In this document: positions 43,846 to 55,378 of the stretch, piece by piece
Numbering within the stretch: the first letter of the stretch is position 1
Layout of the letters: each line of letters starts with the position of its first letter
Source of the DNA: an uncultured Bacilli bacterium
GTDB taxonomy: Bacteria > Bacillota_I > Bacilli_A > RF39 > UBA660
DNA length: 64,000 bases
NCBI GenBank assembly: GCA_934141575.1
Contig: CAKPCJ010000003.1
Coordinates: 1,756 to 65,755 of the forward strand
Direction: 5' to 3'
Position numbers and translations under genes: made by a program
Notes under the pieces: generated by a model
The model's input: only the letters and a program-made list of their open reading frames with translations
Told to the model about the DNA's origin: nothing
The model's database searches: none

Positions 43846-46152
43846 TTATACAAACAATTTTTCAATATATACTTGTTCACTCTTATTAACAATTGAATCA
43901 ATTATTATATCATCCAACTTTGTTTTAATTACTTTATCAACCTTCCTAGCACCATAAGTTTGATAGTCACATAAAGATATAATTTCATCTACTACTGATG
44001 AACTATATTGTACTTTAATTTTATCATGATAATAATTTATAACTTCATTCAATTTGGACTTTACTATTTTAGTAATTGTTTTTTGATCTATTTTGTTAAA
44101 CATAAATATTTCATCAATTCTATTTAAAAATTCAACACTAAAATATTCCTTTAAAGCATTATTTTTTAATGAATTGTCATCGCTATTAAAACCAACAAAT
44201 TTTTCAGAATTACCAACATTAGTAGTCATTATTATTATAACATTATCAAACCTTACAATTCTACCCTTTGAATCTTTTATTTTACCATCATCTAATATTT
44301 GAAAAAATAAATTTAAAACTGCTGGATGTGCTCTTTCAATTTCATCTACTATTAATACAGAATACGGTTTATCACGAATTATATCTAATAAATAATTATT
44401 ATCATCATACCCTACATATCCAGGTGGAGAACCTAATATTTTACTCACTGAATGTTCTTCCTTATATTCACTCATATCTAATTTAATAACATTATCAAGA
44501 CCAACAAAATGAGTACCAAATGTTTTAGCAAGCAATGTTTTGCCTACCCCACTTTGGCCAGAAAACAAAAATGAATATGGTTTTTGCTCTCTTTTATAAC
44601 CAAATTTTATTCTCTTAGCAGTCTTAATAAGTTCTAATATTACATCATCTTGACCATAAACTGTTCCCTGAAGTTTTTGTTTAAGTAATTTAACTGACTT
44701 CAAATTATCATTTAAAATATCATAAATTGGAATATTCGTTTTACTATTAATAACACTCGCAACATCTGAAATAGTAATAACAGATTTTGTTGATTTTTTT
44801 AAGAATTTTAAATTAAAACTATTTATTTCACTAATCATTTCAAATTCTTGTTCTCTAAATTTAACTGCATTATCAAAATCATGTTTTAATATTGCTAAAT
44901 TCTTAGAAGTTTTAATTTCCTGTAACTTATTATCAAGAACTGATATTTTTTTATAAAAATCACTATGTTTCAACCTAACTCTAGAACATACCTCATCTAG
45001 AATATCGAGTGATTTATCAGGTTCATATCTATCATAAACATATTTATTAGATAATTCTGGAATTTTACTCAAAACATCATCAGGAATAATAACACCATGA
45101 TAATCTTCATATATAGGTTTTAATTTAAATAGTATATCAAGAACAGTGGAATTACTAGGTTCTAATATATCTATCTTTTGAAATCTCCTATCAAGTGCAG
45201 CATCATTTTCAATATATTGCTTATATTCATCACTTGTGGTAGCACCTATACACTTAAACTTATTTCTTGCTAAAGCAGGTTTAAATATATTTGAAGCATC
45301 TATTGCTCCCTCCGCTCCACCAGCACCAACTAAAGTATGAATTTCATCTATAAATATAATAATATTGTTTGATTCCTCTAATTCTTTAAGAATTTTTCTG
45401 ACACGCTCTTCAAATTCTCCTCTATACTTAGTCCCAGCAACCATAGTTGCCATATCAAGCGAAACTATTCTCATATTTTTAAGATTACTAGGAACATTTC
45501 CTAAAGATATTAACCTAGCAAGCTCTTCAACAATAGCTGTCTTACCAACACCAGCATTTCCAACCAATATAGGATTATTTTTAGTACGTCTACTCAATAT
45601 TTCAATCAAACGTCTAATTTCATCATCTCTACCTATAACAGGATCGAGCTCACCTTGTTTAGCCTTAGCAACAAGATCAACACCAAGCTCATCAATTAAT
45701 AGTTTTTTTAAAGATTTCTCACAAAATCCATCCTCATCTACAAACACATTATATAGTTCATCATAATCTAAACCTAAAGAATAAATAATTCTAACTGCTA
45801 CACCTTCACCTTCCTCAAGTAAAGCATCAAACAAATGTGTAAGAGTAACTGTACCATTATTGTTATCTCTACTATCTAAAATAGAAGCTTCTATAACACG
45901 TTTCATAAGTGGAGTATACACATACCAATTAGTAGGCTTATCTCCCTTACCAACTATATTTATAAGTTCTTTTTTAAAATTATCATAATTAAGTCCAAAA
46001 TCATTAAGTTTACTCGTTATAGAACAATTCTTCTGACTAAGTAAAGCTAGCAAAAAATGTTCTGTCCCAATAAAACTATGATTTAAATCTATCATCTCTT
46101 TTCTACTAAGCATCAATACCTTTTGAGCTTCTTCAGTAAACTTTCCAAACAT
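43846..46152 (-). CDS. clpC: ATP-dependent Clp protease ATP-binding subunit (ClpC-like, two AAA+ modules, Clp_N repeats)
   Basis: N-terminal Clp_N repeats; Walker A GNAGVGKTAIVE and second-module GQSGVGKTLLAK; 768 aa. Confidence 0.85.
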   Translation of the reverse strand: MFGKFTEEAQKVLMLSRKEMIDLNHSFIGTEHFLLALLSQKNCSITSKLNDFGLNYDNFKKELINIVGKGDKPTNWYVYTPLMKRVIEASILDSRDNNNGTVTLTHLFDALLEEGEGVAVRIIYSLGLDYDELYNVFVDEDGFCEKSLKKLLIDELGVDLVAKAKQGELDPVIGRDDEIRRLIEILSRRTKNNPILVGNAGVGKTAIVEELARLISLGNVPSNLKNMRIVSLDMATMVAGTKYRGEFEERVRKILKELEESNNIIIFIDEIHTLVGAGGAEGAIDASNIFKPALARNKFKCIGATTSDEYKQYIENDAALDRRFQKIDILEPSNSTVLDILFKLKPIYEDYHGVIIPDDVLSKIPELSNKYVYDRYEPDKSLDILDEVCSRVRLKHSDFYKKISVLDNKLQEIKTSKNLAILKHDFDNAVKFREQEFEMISEINSFNLKFLKKSTKSVITISDVASVINSKTNIPIYDILNDNLKSVKLLKQKLQGTVYGQDDVILELIKTAKRIKFGYKREQKPYSFLFSGQSGVGKTLLAKTFGTHFVGLDNVIKLDMSEYKEEHSVSKILGSPPGYVGYDDNNYLLDIIRDKPYSVLIVDEIERAHPAVLNLFFQILDDGKIKDSKGRIVRFDNVIIIMTTNVGNSEKFVGFNSDDNSLKNNALKEYFSVEFLNRIDEIFMFNKIDQKTITKIVKSKLNEVINYYHDKIKVQYSSSVVDEIISLCDYQTYGARKVDKVIKTKLDDIIIDSIVNKSEQVYIEKLFV

Positions 46153-46261
46153 TTTTTCCTCCTTATAATTAATTCTATGTATATATTGTGCATTAATTTA
46201 AATTATTAATCAGAATATATAACAAATTATATGTTATAATATTCAAAGAAGAAGGGACGCC

Positions 46262-48112
46262 ATGAAAATACAAGATATAAAAGATCCAAAATTTTTAAAG
46301 AAATATAAAGAAAATGAATTAAAAGATTTATGCACAGATATAAGAAATTTTATAATTGAAAGTGTTTCAAAAACAGGTGGTCATTTATCTAGCAATTTAG
46401 GTGCTGTTGAACTTACTGTTTGCTTACACTATGTATTTAATTCACCATATGACAAATTTATATTCGACGTTGGTCACCAATCATATACACACAAAATATT
46501 AACCGGAAGAGCCAATAAATTTGAAACACTAAGACAATTTGGAGGAATATCTGGATATCAAAAAATCGAAGAAAGCATACATGATCCATTTGAAGCAGGA
46601 CACACATCAACATCAATAGCAGCAGCATTGGGATTTGCATACGCAAGGGATTTAAACAAAGAGAAAAATGACGTAATTGCAATAATTGGAGATGGAGCAT
46701 TAACAGGTGGACTAGCGCTTGAAGCATTAGATAATATATCAAATATTAATTCAAAAATTATCATAGTACTAAATGATAATTCAATGTCAATATCAAAAAA
46801 CGTAGGTGGTTTAAGTGAATTCCTAGGTAAAATAAGAATGAGCTATTCATACGATTTTGCAAGCAAAAAATATAAAGGAGTTCTAACAAAAACAAAACTA
46901 GGAACACACATATATAATGCAACATACAAAGTAAAAGAAAAATTCAAAAAAAGAATTAACGACAATTTATTTACAAGCTTAAATATAGATTATTTAGGAC
47001 CAGTAGATGGGCATAATATACATGACTTAATAAAGGCATTTAAAAAAGCTAAAAATTCTAAAAAATCTATTTTAATACATGTAATAACTACTAAAGGAAA
47101 GGGATACAAACCAGCAGAATTAAATAGTAGCACTTGGCATGGTGTAAGTAAATTTGATATAAAAAGTGGCCAAATAAAAAAAGATAAACTAACCAGCATA
47201 AGTGAAGTAGTAAGCAATACAGTATACGACTTTATGAAAAAAGATAAAGACATAGTAACAATAACACCTGCCATGATAAAAGGAAGCAAACTCGAAAAAA
47301 TATTTGCAGATTTTCCAAACAGAAGCATAGATACAGGAATAACAGAAGGATTTGCTACAACATTAGCGTGTTCAATAGCTTTGAACAATAAAAAAGTATT
47401 CTTACCAATATACTCATCATTTTTACAAAGAGCATATGACAATATAAATCACGACATAGCAAGGATGAATGCACATGTAATAATAGGGATTGATAGAGCA
47501 GGACTAGTTGGTGAAGATGGTGATACACATCATGGCATATTTGATATTAGTTTCCTTAACAGCATACCAAATATAGTTATATGCATGGGAAAAGATAATG
47601 AAGAAATAAGAAATTTACTATATACAGGATTCTATAAACAAAATAACCCTTTTTGTATAAGATATGAGAAAGGTTGTATTGAATACAAAAAAAGCAACTT
47701 AAAAGAAATAAAAGTAGGTACTTGGGAATACCTACAAAAGAAAAAAAACTGTAATAAAACAATAATAAGTTATGGAACTGACATACAAGAGTTATTTGAA
47801 AGATTTAAAAATAAAGACGTAAATATAATAAATGCAAGATATATAAAACCTATTGATAAAACAATACTAAAGGAATTAATAGAAACAAAACAAAAAATAT
47901 ATATTTACGAAACTTGCATCAAAACCAATAGCCTCGGAACTAATATTTTAGAATACTTTAATTATAAAAATGCTAAAAATGAAGTGAAATTAACAGGAAT
48001 AGATAACACATATGTTAAACATGGAAAAACAAATATATTAAAACAACAAATCAAATTAGATATGGATTATATCGAACAAGACATAATTAATTACCTAAAA
48101 TTAAAGAAATGA
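46262..48112 (+). CDS. dxs: 1-deoxy-D-xylulose-5-phosphate synthase
   Basis: N-terminus ...GGHLSSNLGAVELTVCLHYVFNSPYDKFIFDVGHQSYTHKILTGR...; TPP-binding GDG; 616 aa. Confidence 0.85.
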   Translation: MKIQDIKDPKFLKKYKENELKDLCTDIRNFIIESVSKTGGHLSSNLGAVELTVCLHYVFNSPYDKFIFDVGHQSYTHKILTGRANKFETLRQFGGISGYQKIEESIHDPFEAGHTSTSIAAALGFAYARDLNKEKNDVIAIIGDGALTGGLALEALDNISNINSKIIIVLNDNSMSISKNVGGLSEFLGKIRMSYSYDFASKKYKGVLTKTKLGTHIYNATYKVKEKFKKRINDNLFTSLNIDYLGPVDGHNIHDLIKAFKKAKNSKKSILIHVITTKGKGYKPAELNSSTWHGVSKFDIKSGQIKKDKLTSISEVVSNTVYDFMKKDKDIVTITPAMIKGSKLEKIFADFPNRSIDTGITEGFATTLACSIALNNKKVFLPIYSSFLQRAYDNINHDIARMNAHVIIGIDRAGLVGEDGDTHHGIFDISFLNSIPNIVICMGKDNEEIRNLLYTGFYKQNNPFCIRYEKGCIEYKKSNLKEIKVGTWEYLQKKKNCNKTIISYGTDIQELFERFKNKDVNIINARYIKPIDKTILKELIETKQKIYIYETCIKTNSLGTNILEYFNYKNAKNEVKLTGIDNTYVKHGKTNILKQQIKLDMDYIEQDIINYLKLKK

Positions 48113-48119
48113 CAAAACA

Positions 48120-48857
48120 TCATTTCTTTTTTCTTTGAATATTAAAAGTAATTTTTAATAATATTTTTCTAGGAATAAATCTGGAAAAAAAACAAGCTAC
48201 TTTCATTTTAATAGTTGGAATTATAATCAGCTTTTTCTTAAACATTTTCTTAATGGCGTACTTTGCTACATATGAACTTGAACATCCCTTTATTGAAAAA
48301 TTAACCCCTGCCACATTATTAAAATTAGTATTAACTGGGCCAGGACATAAAACACTAATATTAACATTTTTACCAAGTCTTCTTATTTCTTCATATATTG
48401 CCAAAGACATACGTGTTACATACGATTTAGTAGAATAATAAGTGCACATCAAAGGCCCAGGCATAAATGAAGCCGAAGAACTAACATTCAAAATATATCC
48501 ATTATTTTTAGATAGCATTTGTTTTAATACTGCCTTAGTAAGTATGTGACATGACACCAAATTAACTTCAATCATAGATAAATCTTTTGATAAATCAGTA
48601 TCACAAAAATATCCTAAATCACCAAACCCAGCATTATTAACAAAAACCTCTACATCTGGAATATGTTCACAAAATTTTAAAACTTCCTGCCTATTGGACA
48701 AATCTAACTTATACACAGTATAACCATATTTTTCTTTCAATGCCTCTAATTTTTCAAGATCTTTAGAAACTCCAATTATTTCATAACCCATAGAAAATAA
48801 AACTTTAGATATTTCTAAACCTATACCAGAAGTAACACCCGTAATCAAAGCTTTCAT
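48120..48857 (-). CDS. SDR-family short-chain dehydrogenase/reductase
   Basis: TGVTSGIG Rossmann motif, NNAG, YxxxK (YYSTKSY). Confidence 0.7.
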   Translation of the reverse strand: MKALITGVTSGIGLEISKVLFSMGYEIIGVSKDLEKLEALKEKYGYTVYKLDLSNRQEVLKFCEHIPDVEVFVNNAGFGDLGYFCDTDLSKDLSMIEVNLVSCHILTKAVLKQMLSKNNGYILNVSSSASFMPGPLMCTYYSTKSYVTRMSLAIYEEIRRLGKNVNISVLCPGPVNTNFNNVAGVNFSIKGCSSSYVAKYAIKKMFKKKLIIIPTIKMKVACFFSRFIPRKILLKITFNIQRKKK

Positions 48858-48907
48858 ATCATCACCAAGAAAAGTATACCATAAAAAAAGAATCTTTTTA
48901 AGATTCT

Positions 48908-49246
48908 TTAAACTAACTCAAGAATAACAACTAGAGCGTTGTCTCCTCTTCTTTCTTTTAACTTTAATATTCTAGTATACCCACCATTTCTATCAGCATA
49001 TTTACTAGCATATTCATAAACTTTAGCAGTTGCTTCTTTATCATTATAAAAGAAAGATAAAATTTTTCTTCTAGATACTAATGTACCATTTTTTGCATAA
49101 GTTATCATCTTATCAACAAACTTACGAGCTTCTTTTGCTCTATCTATAGTAGTTTCAATACTTCCATGCATAAAAACTTCTCTAGTTAAATTTGAAAGCA
49201 TTGCTCTTCTTTCTTGTTCATCTAAACCTAATTTTCTGTAAGCCAT
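48908..49246 (-). CDS. rplQ: 50S ribosomal protein L17
   Basis: 112 aa canonical L17; follows rpoA. Confidence 0.9.
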   Translation of the reverse strand: MAYRKLGLDEQERRAMLSNLTREVFMHGSIETTIDRAKEARKFVDKMITYAKNGTLVSRRKILSFFYNDKEATAKVYEYASKYADRNGGYTRILKLKERRGDNALVVILELV

Positions 49247-49261
49247 ACTTTACCTCCTTAT

Positions 49262-50215
49262 TTAATCGTCATTACGGAAAGTAAGTCCCATTTCTTTAAT
49301 TTTATCAATTACTTCTTTTAAAGACTTCTTACCTAAATTACGTATTTTCATCATTTCCATTTCAGATTTATTAGTCAAATCTTGAAGATTATTAACTCCA
49401 GCTCTCTTTAAACAATTATAAGCTCTAACAGATAAATCCAAATCATCAATTGAAGTCTCTAAAGCCTTTTGACGAGGATTTTCTTGTTTTTCAGTCATTA
49501 TACCAGTAATATCAGAAATTTCATTTAAATCAGTAATAATATTTAAATGTTCTATCATTATCTTAGCAGATAATGCCATAGCTTCTTCTGGTTTAATAGA
49601 ACCGTTAGTCCAAACACGCATTATTAATTTATCATAATTATTATCTTGACCAACACGTGCATTTTCTACTTCATAACTAACTCTTTCAATTGGTGAATAT
49701 AAAGAGTCAATAGCTATTGTTCCAATTTTAGCATCAGCCAATAATTTTTTATTTTCATCAGATCTTACATAGCCTTTTCCATAGCCGATTGTCATTTCCA
49801 TATCAAGTTTACCACCCTTAGAAACAGTAGCTATAACTTGATCAGGATTCATAATTTCAATATCAGGATCTTTCTCTATATCTGCTGCAGTTACAACACC
49901 TTCTGTAGATACATGTAAATGCATAACTTTGCTGTTATCATCTGAATGATTCTTTAAAACAATACTCTTCAAATTAAGAACAATAGTTGTAACATCTTCT
50001 CTAATTCCATCTATTTTTTGGAATTCATGAGCAACACCATCAATGTAAACACTAGTAATAGCATGTCCAGGTAAAGAAGATAACATTATTCTTCTAAGAG
50101 CATTACCTAATGTATTACCAAATCCTCTTTCCAAAGGTTCTAATACAAACTCTCCATAATTATTATTTTCAACATATTCAACTACTTTATAGTCTGGTTT
50201 TTCAAATTTAAACAT
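49262..50215 (-). CDS. rpoA: DNA-directed RNA polymerase subunit alpha
   Basis: 317 aa; N-terminal dimerisation domain plus alpha-CTD. Confidence 0.95.
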   Translation of the reverse strand: MFKFEKPDYKVVEYVENNNYGEFVLEPLERGFGNTLGNALRRIMLSSLPGHAITSVYIDGVAHEFQKIDGIREDVTTIVLNLKSIVLKNHSDDNSKVMHLHVSTEGVVTAADIEKDPDIEIMNPDQVIATVSKGGKLDMEMTIGYGKGYVRSDENKKLLADAKIGTIAIDSLYSPIERVSYEVENARVGQDNNYDKLIMRVWTNGSIKPEEAMALSAKIMIEHLNIITDLNEISDITGIMTEKQENPRQKALETSIDDLDLSVRAYNCLKRAGVNNLQDLTNKSEMEMMKIRNLGKKSLKEVIDKIKEMGLTFRNDD

Positions 50216-50240
50216 TGAAATGATCCCTCCTTAACTTTTT

Positions 50241-50624
50241 TTAGCCACGTGGACGTTTTGGTGGACGACATCCATTGTGTGGAACTGGTGTAACATCTAT
50301 AATTTGAGTTATTTCAATACCAACAGCTTGAATTGAACGAATAGCTGTTTCACGTCCAGGTCCCATACCTTTTACATAAACAACAACAGATTTCATACCA
50401 TAATCCATAGCAGCTTTAGCAGCAGCTTCTGCAGCAGTTCCTGCAGCATATGGAGTACTCTTCTTGCTTCCTTTAAAACCAGTTGTACCAGCTGATGCCC
50501 ACGCTACTGCACCACCATCTTTATCTGTAATAGTTACAATTGTATTATTAAAAGTGGTACTGATATGAGCGATACCTTCAACAACAGTCTTTTTAATTTT
50601 TCTTTTTCTTGATTTATATGCCAT
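50241..50624 (-). CDS. rpsK: 30S ribosomal protein S11
   Basis: 127 aa canonical. Confidence 0.95.
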   Translation of the reverse strand: MAYKSRKRKIKKTVVEGIAHISTTFNNTIVTITDKDGGAVAWASAGTTGFKGSKKSTPYAAGTAAEAAAKAAMDYGMKSVVVYVKGMGPGRETAIRSIQAVGIEITQIIDVTPVPHNGCRPPKRPRG

Positions 50625-50627
50625 ATT

Positions 50628-50999
50628 CTAACCTACTTTCTTCTTATTAGCTACAGTTTTACCTTTACCTTTACGAGTTCTAGCATTACTTCTAGTTTTT
50701 TGTCCTCTTACTGGTAAACCTCTTTTATGGTAAACTCCTTGATAGCTACCAATTTCCATTTTATTTTTAATATTCATGTTAACTTCTCTACGTAAATCAC
50801 CTTCAACTTGATACTTTGAAATTTCTTCACGTATTCTAGTTAATTCATCTTCAGTAAGTTCTGAAGTTCTTTTCTTAGGATCAATATTAGCATCTTTTAC
50901 TATCTTTTCTCCTGTTTTTCTACCAATACCATAAACATAAGTTAATGAAATAGCTACATGTTTATTGTCTGGTACATCTACACCCTTAATACGAGCCAT
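50628..50999 (-). CDS. rpsM: 30S ribosomal protein S13
   Basis: 123 aa canonical. Confidence 0.95.
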   Translation of the reverse strand: MARIKGVDVPDNKHVAISLTYVYGIGRKTGEKIVKDANIDPKKRTSELTEDELTRIREEISKYQVEGDLRREVNMNIKNKMEIGSYQGVYHKRGLPVRGQKTRSNARTRKGKGKTVANKKKVG

Positions 51000-51012
51000 T
51001 ACTCATACCTCC

Positions 51013-51129
51013 TTAACCTTGTTTTTGTTTGTGCTTAGGATTTTTACTACATACTATTTGCACAACACCTTTTCTTTTAATAACTTTACAGCTGTCGCAT
51101 ATTGGTTTAACAGACGGTCTTTTTTTCAT
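51013..51129 (-). CDS. rpmJ: 50S ribosomal protein L36 (38 aa; not in ORF track)
   Basis: Manual translation [38 protein letters not shown]; C..C...C..H zinc-ribbon; between infA and rpsM. Confidence 0.9.
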   Translation of the reverse strand: MKKRPSVKPICDSCKVIKRKGVVQIVCSKNPKHKQKQG

Positions 51130-51142
51130 ATATTTCCTCCCT

Positions 51143-51358
51143 CTATTTCCTAAAAATTATACGCCCACGTTTTAAATCATATGGTGAAAGTTCTATGGTC
51201 ACTGTATCACCTACTAAAATGCGAATATAATTTAATCGAATTTTACCAGAAACGTGAGCCACTACAGTATGACCATTTTCAAGTTCAACTTTATATTGAC
51301 CTCCAGGTAATACTTCAATTACCTTTCCATCAAATTCTATTGTATCTTTATTACTCAC
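51143..51358 (-). CDS. infA: Translation initiation factor IF-1
   Basis: 71 aa S1-like fold, canonical. Confidence 0.95.
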   Translation of the reverse strand: MSNKDTIEFDGKVIEVLPGGQYKVELENGHTVVAHVSGKIRLNYIRILVGDTVTIELSPYDLKRGRIIFRK

Positions 51359-52110
51359 TATATCACCCTCTTAGTTAATATTTCATATCCATCATCTGTA
51401 ACAAGTACAGTATGTTCAAAGTGTGCAGCCGGTGAAGAATCTTCAGTAACTATTGTCCAATCATCATCAAGTTGTAATATATCAGGTGAACCATATGTAA
51501 GCATAGGTTCAATAGCAATTACCATACCCGGTTTTAACCTTGGACCAGTACCAGCCTTTCCATAATTAGGGACCTCAGGATCCTCATGCAAATGATTTCC
51601 TACACCATGTCCAACTAATTCTTTAACAACACCCAAATTATGAGATGTTGCATATGCTTCAATAGCAGCAGAAATATCACCAATTCTATTTCCAGGTTTA
51701 ACCTGTTTAATACCTTCATAAAGAGCCTTTTCAGTGTGTTCCATCAAATACTCTTTCTCACTATCTATTTTTCCTATTTTATATGTCCATGCTGAGTCAC
51801 CATGATATCCCTTATAACAAGCACATATATCAACAGACACTATATCTCCATCCTTAAGTTTTCTACCAGATGGTATACCATGAACAACTTCATCATTAAC
51901 TGATACACACAAAGTAGCAGGAAAACCATTATAGCCTTTGCATGAAGGTGTAGCAGATGAACTTATTATAAAGTCTTCTGCCAATTTGTCAAGTTCTTTT
52001 GTAGTAATACCTGGTTTTAAATATGGTATTAAATATTTATGAGTCTCAGCAACAATTAATGAAGCTTTTCTCATTAATTCTATTTCCCAATCACTTTTAA
52101 TAGTAATCAT
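51358..52110 (-). CDS. map: Methionine aminopeptidase type I
   Basis: 250 aa; metal-ligand D/D/H/E/E pattern. Confidence 0.93.
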   Translation of the reverse strand: MITIKSDWEIELMRKASLIVAETHKYLIPYLKPGITTKELDKLAEDFIISSSATPSCKGYNGFPATLCVSVNDEVVHGIPSGRKLKDGDIVSVDICACYKGYHGDSAWTYKIGKIDSEKEYLMEHTEKALYEGIKQVKPGNRIGDISAAIEAYATSHNLGVVKELVGHGVGNHLHEDPEVPNYGKAGTGPRLKPGMVIAIEPMLTYGSPDILQLDDDWTIVTEDSSPAAHFEHTVLVTDDGYEILTKRVI

Positions 52111-52766
52111 AAATCGCCTTCCAACATCTCAGATATTTTATCTGCAATTATATTTGAGTCCATTGTACCATCAAATCTCACAAAATTGCTAGAATTTTTA
52201 TAATATTCGATAACTGGCAATGTATATTTGTTGAAAACCTCAAATCTTTCAATGAAAGACTCGCGATTATCATCCGCTCTAACAATAAGTTTAGAACCAC
52301 ACTCATCACATATACCCTCAACCTTAGGAAGAGTAGATATATTATTTTTATTATAAGTAGCGCCACAATTTGGGCAACTCATTCTACCAGATATACGCTT
52401 ATAGGCATTTTCCATATCTATATCTAAATTAACAATCAAATCACACTTAAGATTTAATTCACCTAACATAGAATCTAACCTTTTAGCCTGAGATATATTT
52501 CTTGGATATCCATCTAACAAATATCCATTTTTACAATCAGGTTCTGCTAACCTATTTCTTAGCAAATCTAAAACAATATCATCACTAACAAGATCACCTG
52601 ATTTTAATAAACATAGAAGTTCAATTCCAAATTCATCATCCACAGAAGCTCTTTGCCTTAATAAATCTCCTGTAGATATATGAGGAATATTGTATTTTTT
52701 GGATAATATATTGGATAACGTACCCTTGCCAGCAGCAGGAGGGGCAATCAAAATAATACTTTTCAT
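52107..52766 (-). CDS. adk: Adenylate kinase (Zn-binding lid)
   Basis: GPPAAGKGT P-loop; CPNCG...CDECG lid. Confidence 0.95.
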   Translation of the reverse strand: MKSIILIAPPAAGKGTLSNILSKKYNIPHISTGDLLRQRASVDDEFGIELLCLLKSGDLVSDDIVLDLLRNRLAEPDCKNGYLLDGYPRNISQAKRLDSMLGELNLKCDLIVNLDIDMENAYKRISGRMSCPNCGATYNKNNISTLPKVEGICDECGSKLIVRADDNRESFIERFEVFNKYTLPVIEYYKNSSNFVRFDGTMDSNIIADKISEMLEGDL

Positions 52767-52768
52767 GC

Positions 52769-54034
52769 CTACCTCTTTCTATAATTTCTGCTAACCAAAG
52801 TGCTTTCTATTTGTCTATATACTTCAAGAGCAACACCAACAATAATCAATAATCCAGTTCCTCCTAAAGTAACATTACTACTAGAAAATTCTGATATTTT
52901 ACCAAATAATATTGGAATTGCAGCAATAACCATTAAAAATAACGCTCCTATTGCAGTAACTCTGACTATTACTTGTTTAATATAAATAGTAGTATCATTT
53001 CCAGGTCTTATACCAGGAATATAACCACCATTCTTTTGTAAGTTCTCAGACAATTCTTTTGGTCTTATCTGCATTAAAGTATAAATAAATGAGAATACAA
53101 ATATCAATACTAAATAAATAATAAAACCTACAAGACTCGAATAATTCAAATACTTATCAACAAAATTATTAAATCCTGGTTTATTAATAAACTTTGCAAT
53201 CATTTGAGGAATTGTTAATAATATTGAAGCAAATATAACAGGCATTACCCCAGCTGAGTTTAACTTAAAAGGTAAAAATGATCCTTGAGCTCCATTATAC
53301 TTTGTATTACTTTTATTTGCATATTGAACTGGAATCTTACGTTCAGCTTCTTGAACATAAACAACACCAACAATAATCAACAAATATACAAATATAAATA
53401 GTAAAAATTTTGCAATTCCAAATAAAGTTGTTTGTAAAGTTGTATAAACCATAACAGTATTAAACACACTTACAAACATACTCGGTATTGAAGTAACAAT
53501 ACCAGCCATGATAATAAGTGAAATACCGTTACCAACACCCTTACTAGTAATTTGATCTCCTAACCAAAGTAAAAATGAAGTACCTGCTGTTAATATAAGA
53601 GAAACCCTAGCAACCTCAAGTGGAGATTTAATACCCATCAATGCATATGAGAAAGCAAATGCTTGAACAAACGCAAGAGCTATACCAACGTATCTAGTGA
53701 TTTGATTTAATTTTCTTCGACCAACTTCACCTTGCTCACGCAATTCAGTAAAGTAAGGTATAATATCCATTTGAAGTATTTGAATTATAATAGATGCACT
53801 AATATATGGAGAAACACCTAAAGCAAATATAGAAAAATTACCTAATGATCCACCACCAACAACATCTAACAATTCTAGAAAGCTTAAATTCGCCAACTGA
53901 TCTTTAATAGCAACACCAGGAACAGTAATATAAGTTCCTATTTTATAAACTAATAATATTGCTATTGTAAATAAAATTCTTTTTTGCAAATCTTTGTTCT
54001 TAGGCTCGAATATTTGTTTAACCATGTTAAACAT
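52769..54034 (-). CDS. secY: Preprotein translocase subunit SecY
   Basis: 421 aa, 10 TM, canonical. Confidence 0.95.
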   Translation of the reverse strand: MFNMVKQIFEPKNKDLQKRILFTIAILLVYKIGTYITVPGVAIKDQLANLSFLELLDVVGGGSLGNFSIFALGVSPYISASIIIQILQMDIIPYFTELREQGEVGRRKLNQITRYVGIALAFVQAFAFSYALMGIKSPLEVARVSLILTAGTSFLLWLGDQITSKGVGNGISLIIMAGIVTSIPSMFVSVFNTVMVYTTLQTTLFGIAKFLLFIFVYLLIIVGVVYVQEAERKIPVQYANKSNTKYNGAQGSFLPFKLNSAGVMPVIFASILLTIPQMIAKFINKPGFNNFVDKYLNYSSLVGFIIYLVLIFVFSFIYTLMQIRPKELSENLQKNGGYIPGIRPGNDTTIYIKQVIVRVTAIGALFLMVIAAIPILFGKISEFSSSNVTLGGTGLLIIVGVALEVYRQIESTLVSRNYRKR

Positions 54035-54035
54035 A

Positions 54036-54479
54036 TTACATCACCTCTATTTTTCCACCATTTGCTTCTATTTCTTCTTTAGCTTTTTTAGAAAAACTAT
54101 TAGCCTTAACAGTTAATTTCTTTTCTAATTTACCATTACCTAATACTTTTATACCATCTAATTGTTTTTTCAATTTTCCTGTTTCCTTTAATAATTCAGG
54201 AGTAACAACTGTACCATCTTCAAAAGTATTTAAATCACTTAAGTTTATAACTGCATATTCAGTTTTAAACATAGCGTTTTTGAATCCTCTTTTTGGCAAT
54301 CTTCTATACAAAGGTAATTGCCCACCTTCAAATCCTGCTTTACGGCTATAACCACTTCTTGCTTTTTGTCCTTTTTCACCACGTCCAGCAGTTTTACCAT
54401 TACCTGTTCCAATTCCTAAACCTTTTCTTTTTGCTACTTTTGTAGCGCCTTCATTTGGCTTAATTTCATTTAATCTCAT
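54036..54479 (-). CDS. rplO: 50S ribosomal protein L15
   Basis: 147 aa; G/R-rich N-terminus. Confidence 0.95.
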   Translation of the reverse strand: MRLNEIKPNEGATKVAKRKGLGIGTGNGKTAGRGEKGQKARSGYSRKAGFEGGQLPLYRRLPKRGFKNAMFKTEYAVINLSDLNTFEDGTVVTPELLKETGKLKKQLDGIKVLGNGKLEKKLTVKANSFSKKAKEEIEANGGKIEVM

Positions 54480-54988
54480 TATTTCAAAATCTCACTTTCT
54501 GTTTTGCCACGTAAATTTGCAACATGAGCAATACTTCTTTGTTTTTGAAGTGCATCTAATGTAGCACGTGCAACATTTAATTTAGTATTTGATCCTAATG
54601 ATTTAGATAAAACATCCTTAACTCCAGCAAGTTCAAGAACAGAACGAACAGCACCACCAGCTATAACACCAGTACCTTCATATGCAGGTTTAATTAAAAC
54701 TTTAGCAGCTCCAGAAGCACCAATCATTTCATGAGAAATTGTACGGCCATCTACTAGAGAAACTCTAACAACATTTTTAGTAGCTTGTTGAATACCTTTT
54801 TTAATAGCATCTGCTACTTCTTTTGCTTTACCAACGCCTATACCAACACGGCCTTTTTTATCTCCTACTACAACAGCAGCAGAAAAACCATATTGACGTC
54901 CACCTTTAGTAACAGTGGTAACACGTTTAAGATCAAGAACTTGTTCTTCAAATTCACTTTTACGTTGGTCAAACTTTTTATTTTGCAT
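54479..54988 (-). CDS. rpsE: 30S ribosomal protein S5
   Basis: 169 aa canonical; abuts rplO with no room for rpmD (L30). Confidence 0.95.
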   Translation of the reverse strand: MQNKKFDQRKSEFEEQVLDLKRVTTVTKGGRQYGFSAAVVVGDKKGRVGIGVGKAKEVADAIKKGIQQATKNVVRVSLVDGRTISHEMIGASGAAKVLIKPAYEGTGVIAGGAVRSVLELAGVKDVLSKSLGSNTKLNVARATLDALQKQRSIAHVANLRGKTESEILK

Positions 54989-55002
54989 AAATTAACCTCC
55001 TC

Positions 55003-55359
55003 TTAGAATTCTAAACCATTTTCACGTGCAGCTTCAGCTAAAGCTTTTACACGTCCATGATATAAGTATCCACCTCTATCGAATACGACTTTAGTAATAC
55101 CTTGCTTTACAGCTTTTTTAGCAATATCTTCTCCTACCTTAGTAGCAGCTTCGATATTACCACCATTTTCAAGTTTCAAACTTTCAGATGATGAACTTAA
55201 TATTGTAACTTGAGCTTCATCATCAATAAGTTGAACACTAATGTTTTTATTAGATCTAAAAACATTTAATCTTGGAACACTCTTAGTTCCAGATATATTT
55301 TCTCTAACTCGTTCATGTCTTACCTTACGCATTTCATTACGAGATACTTTTTTAATCAT
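55003..55359 (-). CDS. rplR: 50S ribosomal protein L18
   Basis: 118 aa canonical. Confidence 0.95.
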   Translation of the reverse strand: MIKKVSRNEMRKVRHERVRENISGTKSVPRLNVFRSNKNISVQLIDDEAQVTILSSSSESLKLENGGNIEAATKVGEDIAKKAVKQGITKVVFDRGGYLYHGRVKALAEAARENGLEF

Positions 55360-55378
55360 AAGATAACCTCCTTATCTA

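Noticed and set aside
46153-46261. CtsR operator upstream of clpC
   Set aside because: No (A/G)GTCAAA direct repeat is found in the divergent clpC/dxs promoter region.
54479-54479. Missing rpmD (L30) as an ORF-size filtering artefact
   Set aside because: The rpsE stop and rplO start share nucleotide 54479, so there is no space for an L30 gene; it is genuinely absent from this operon.
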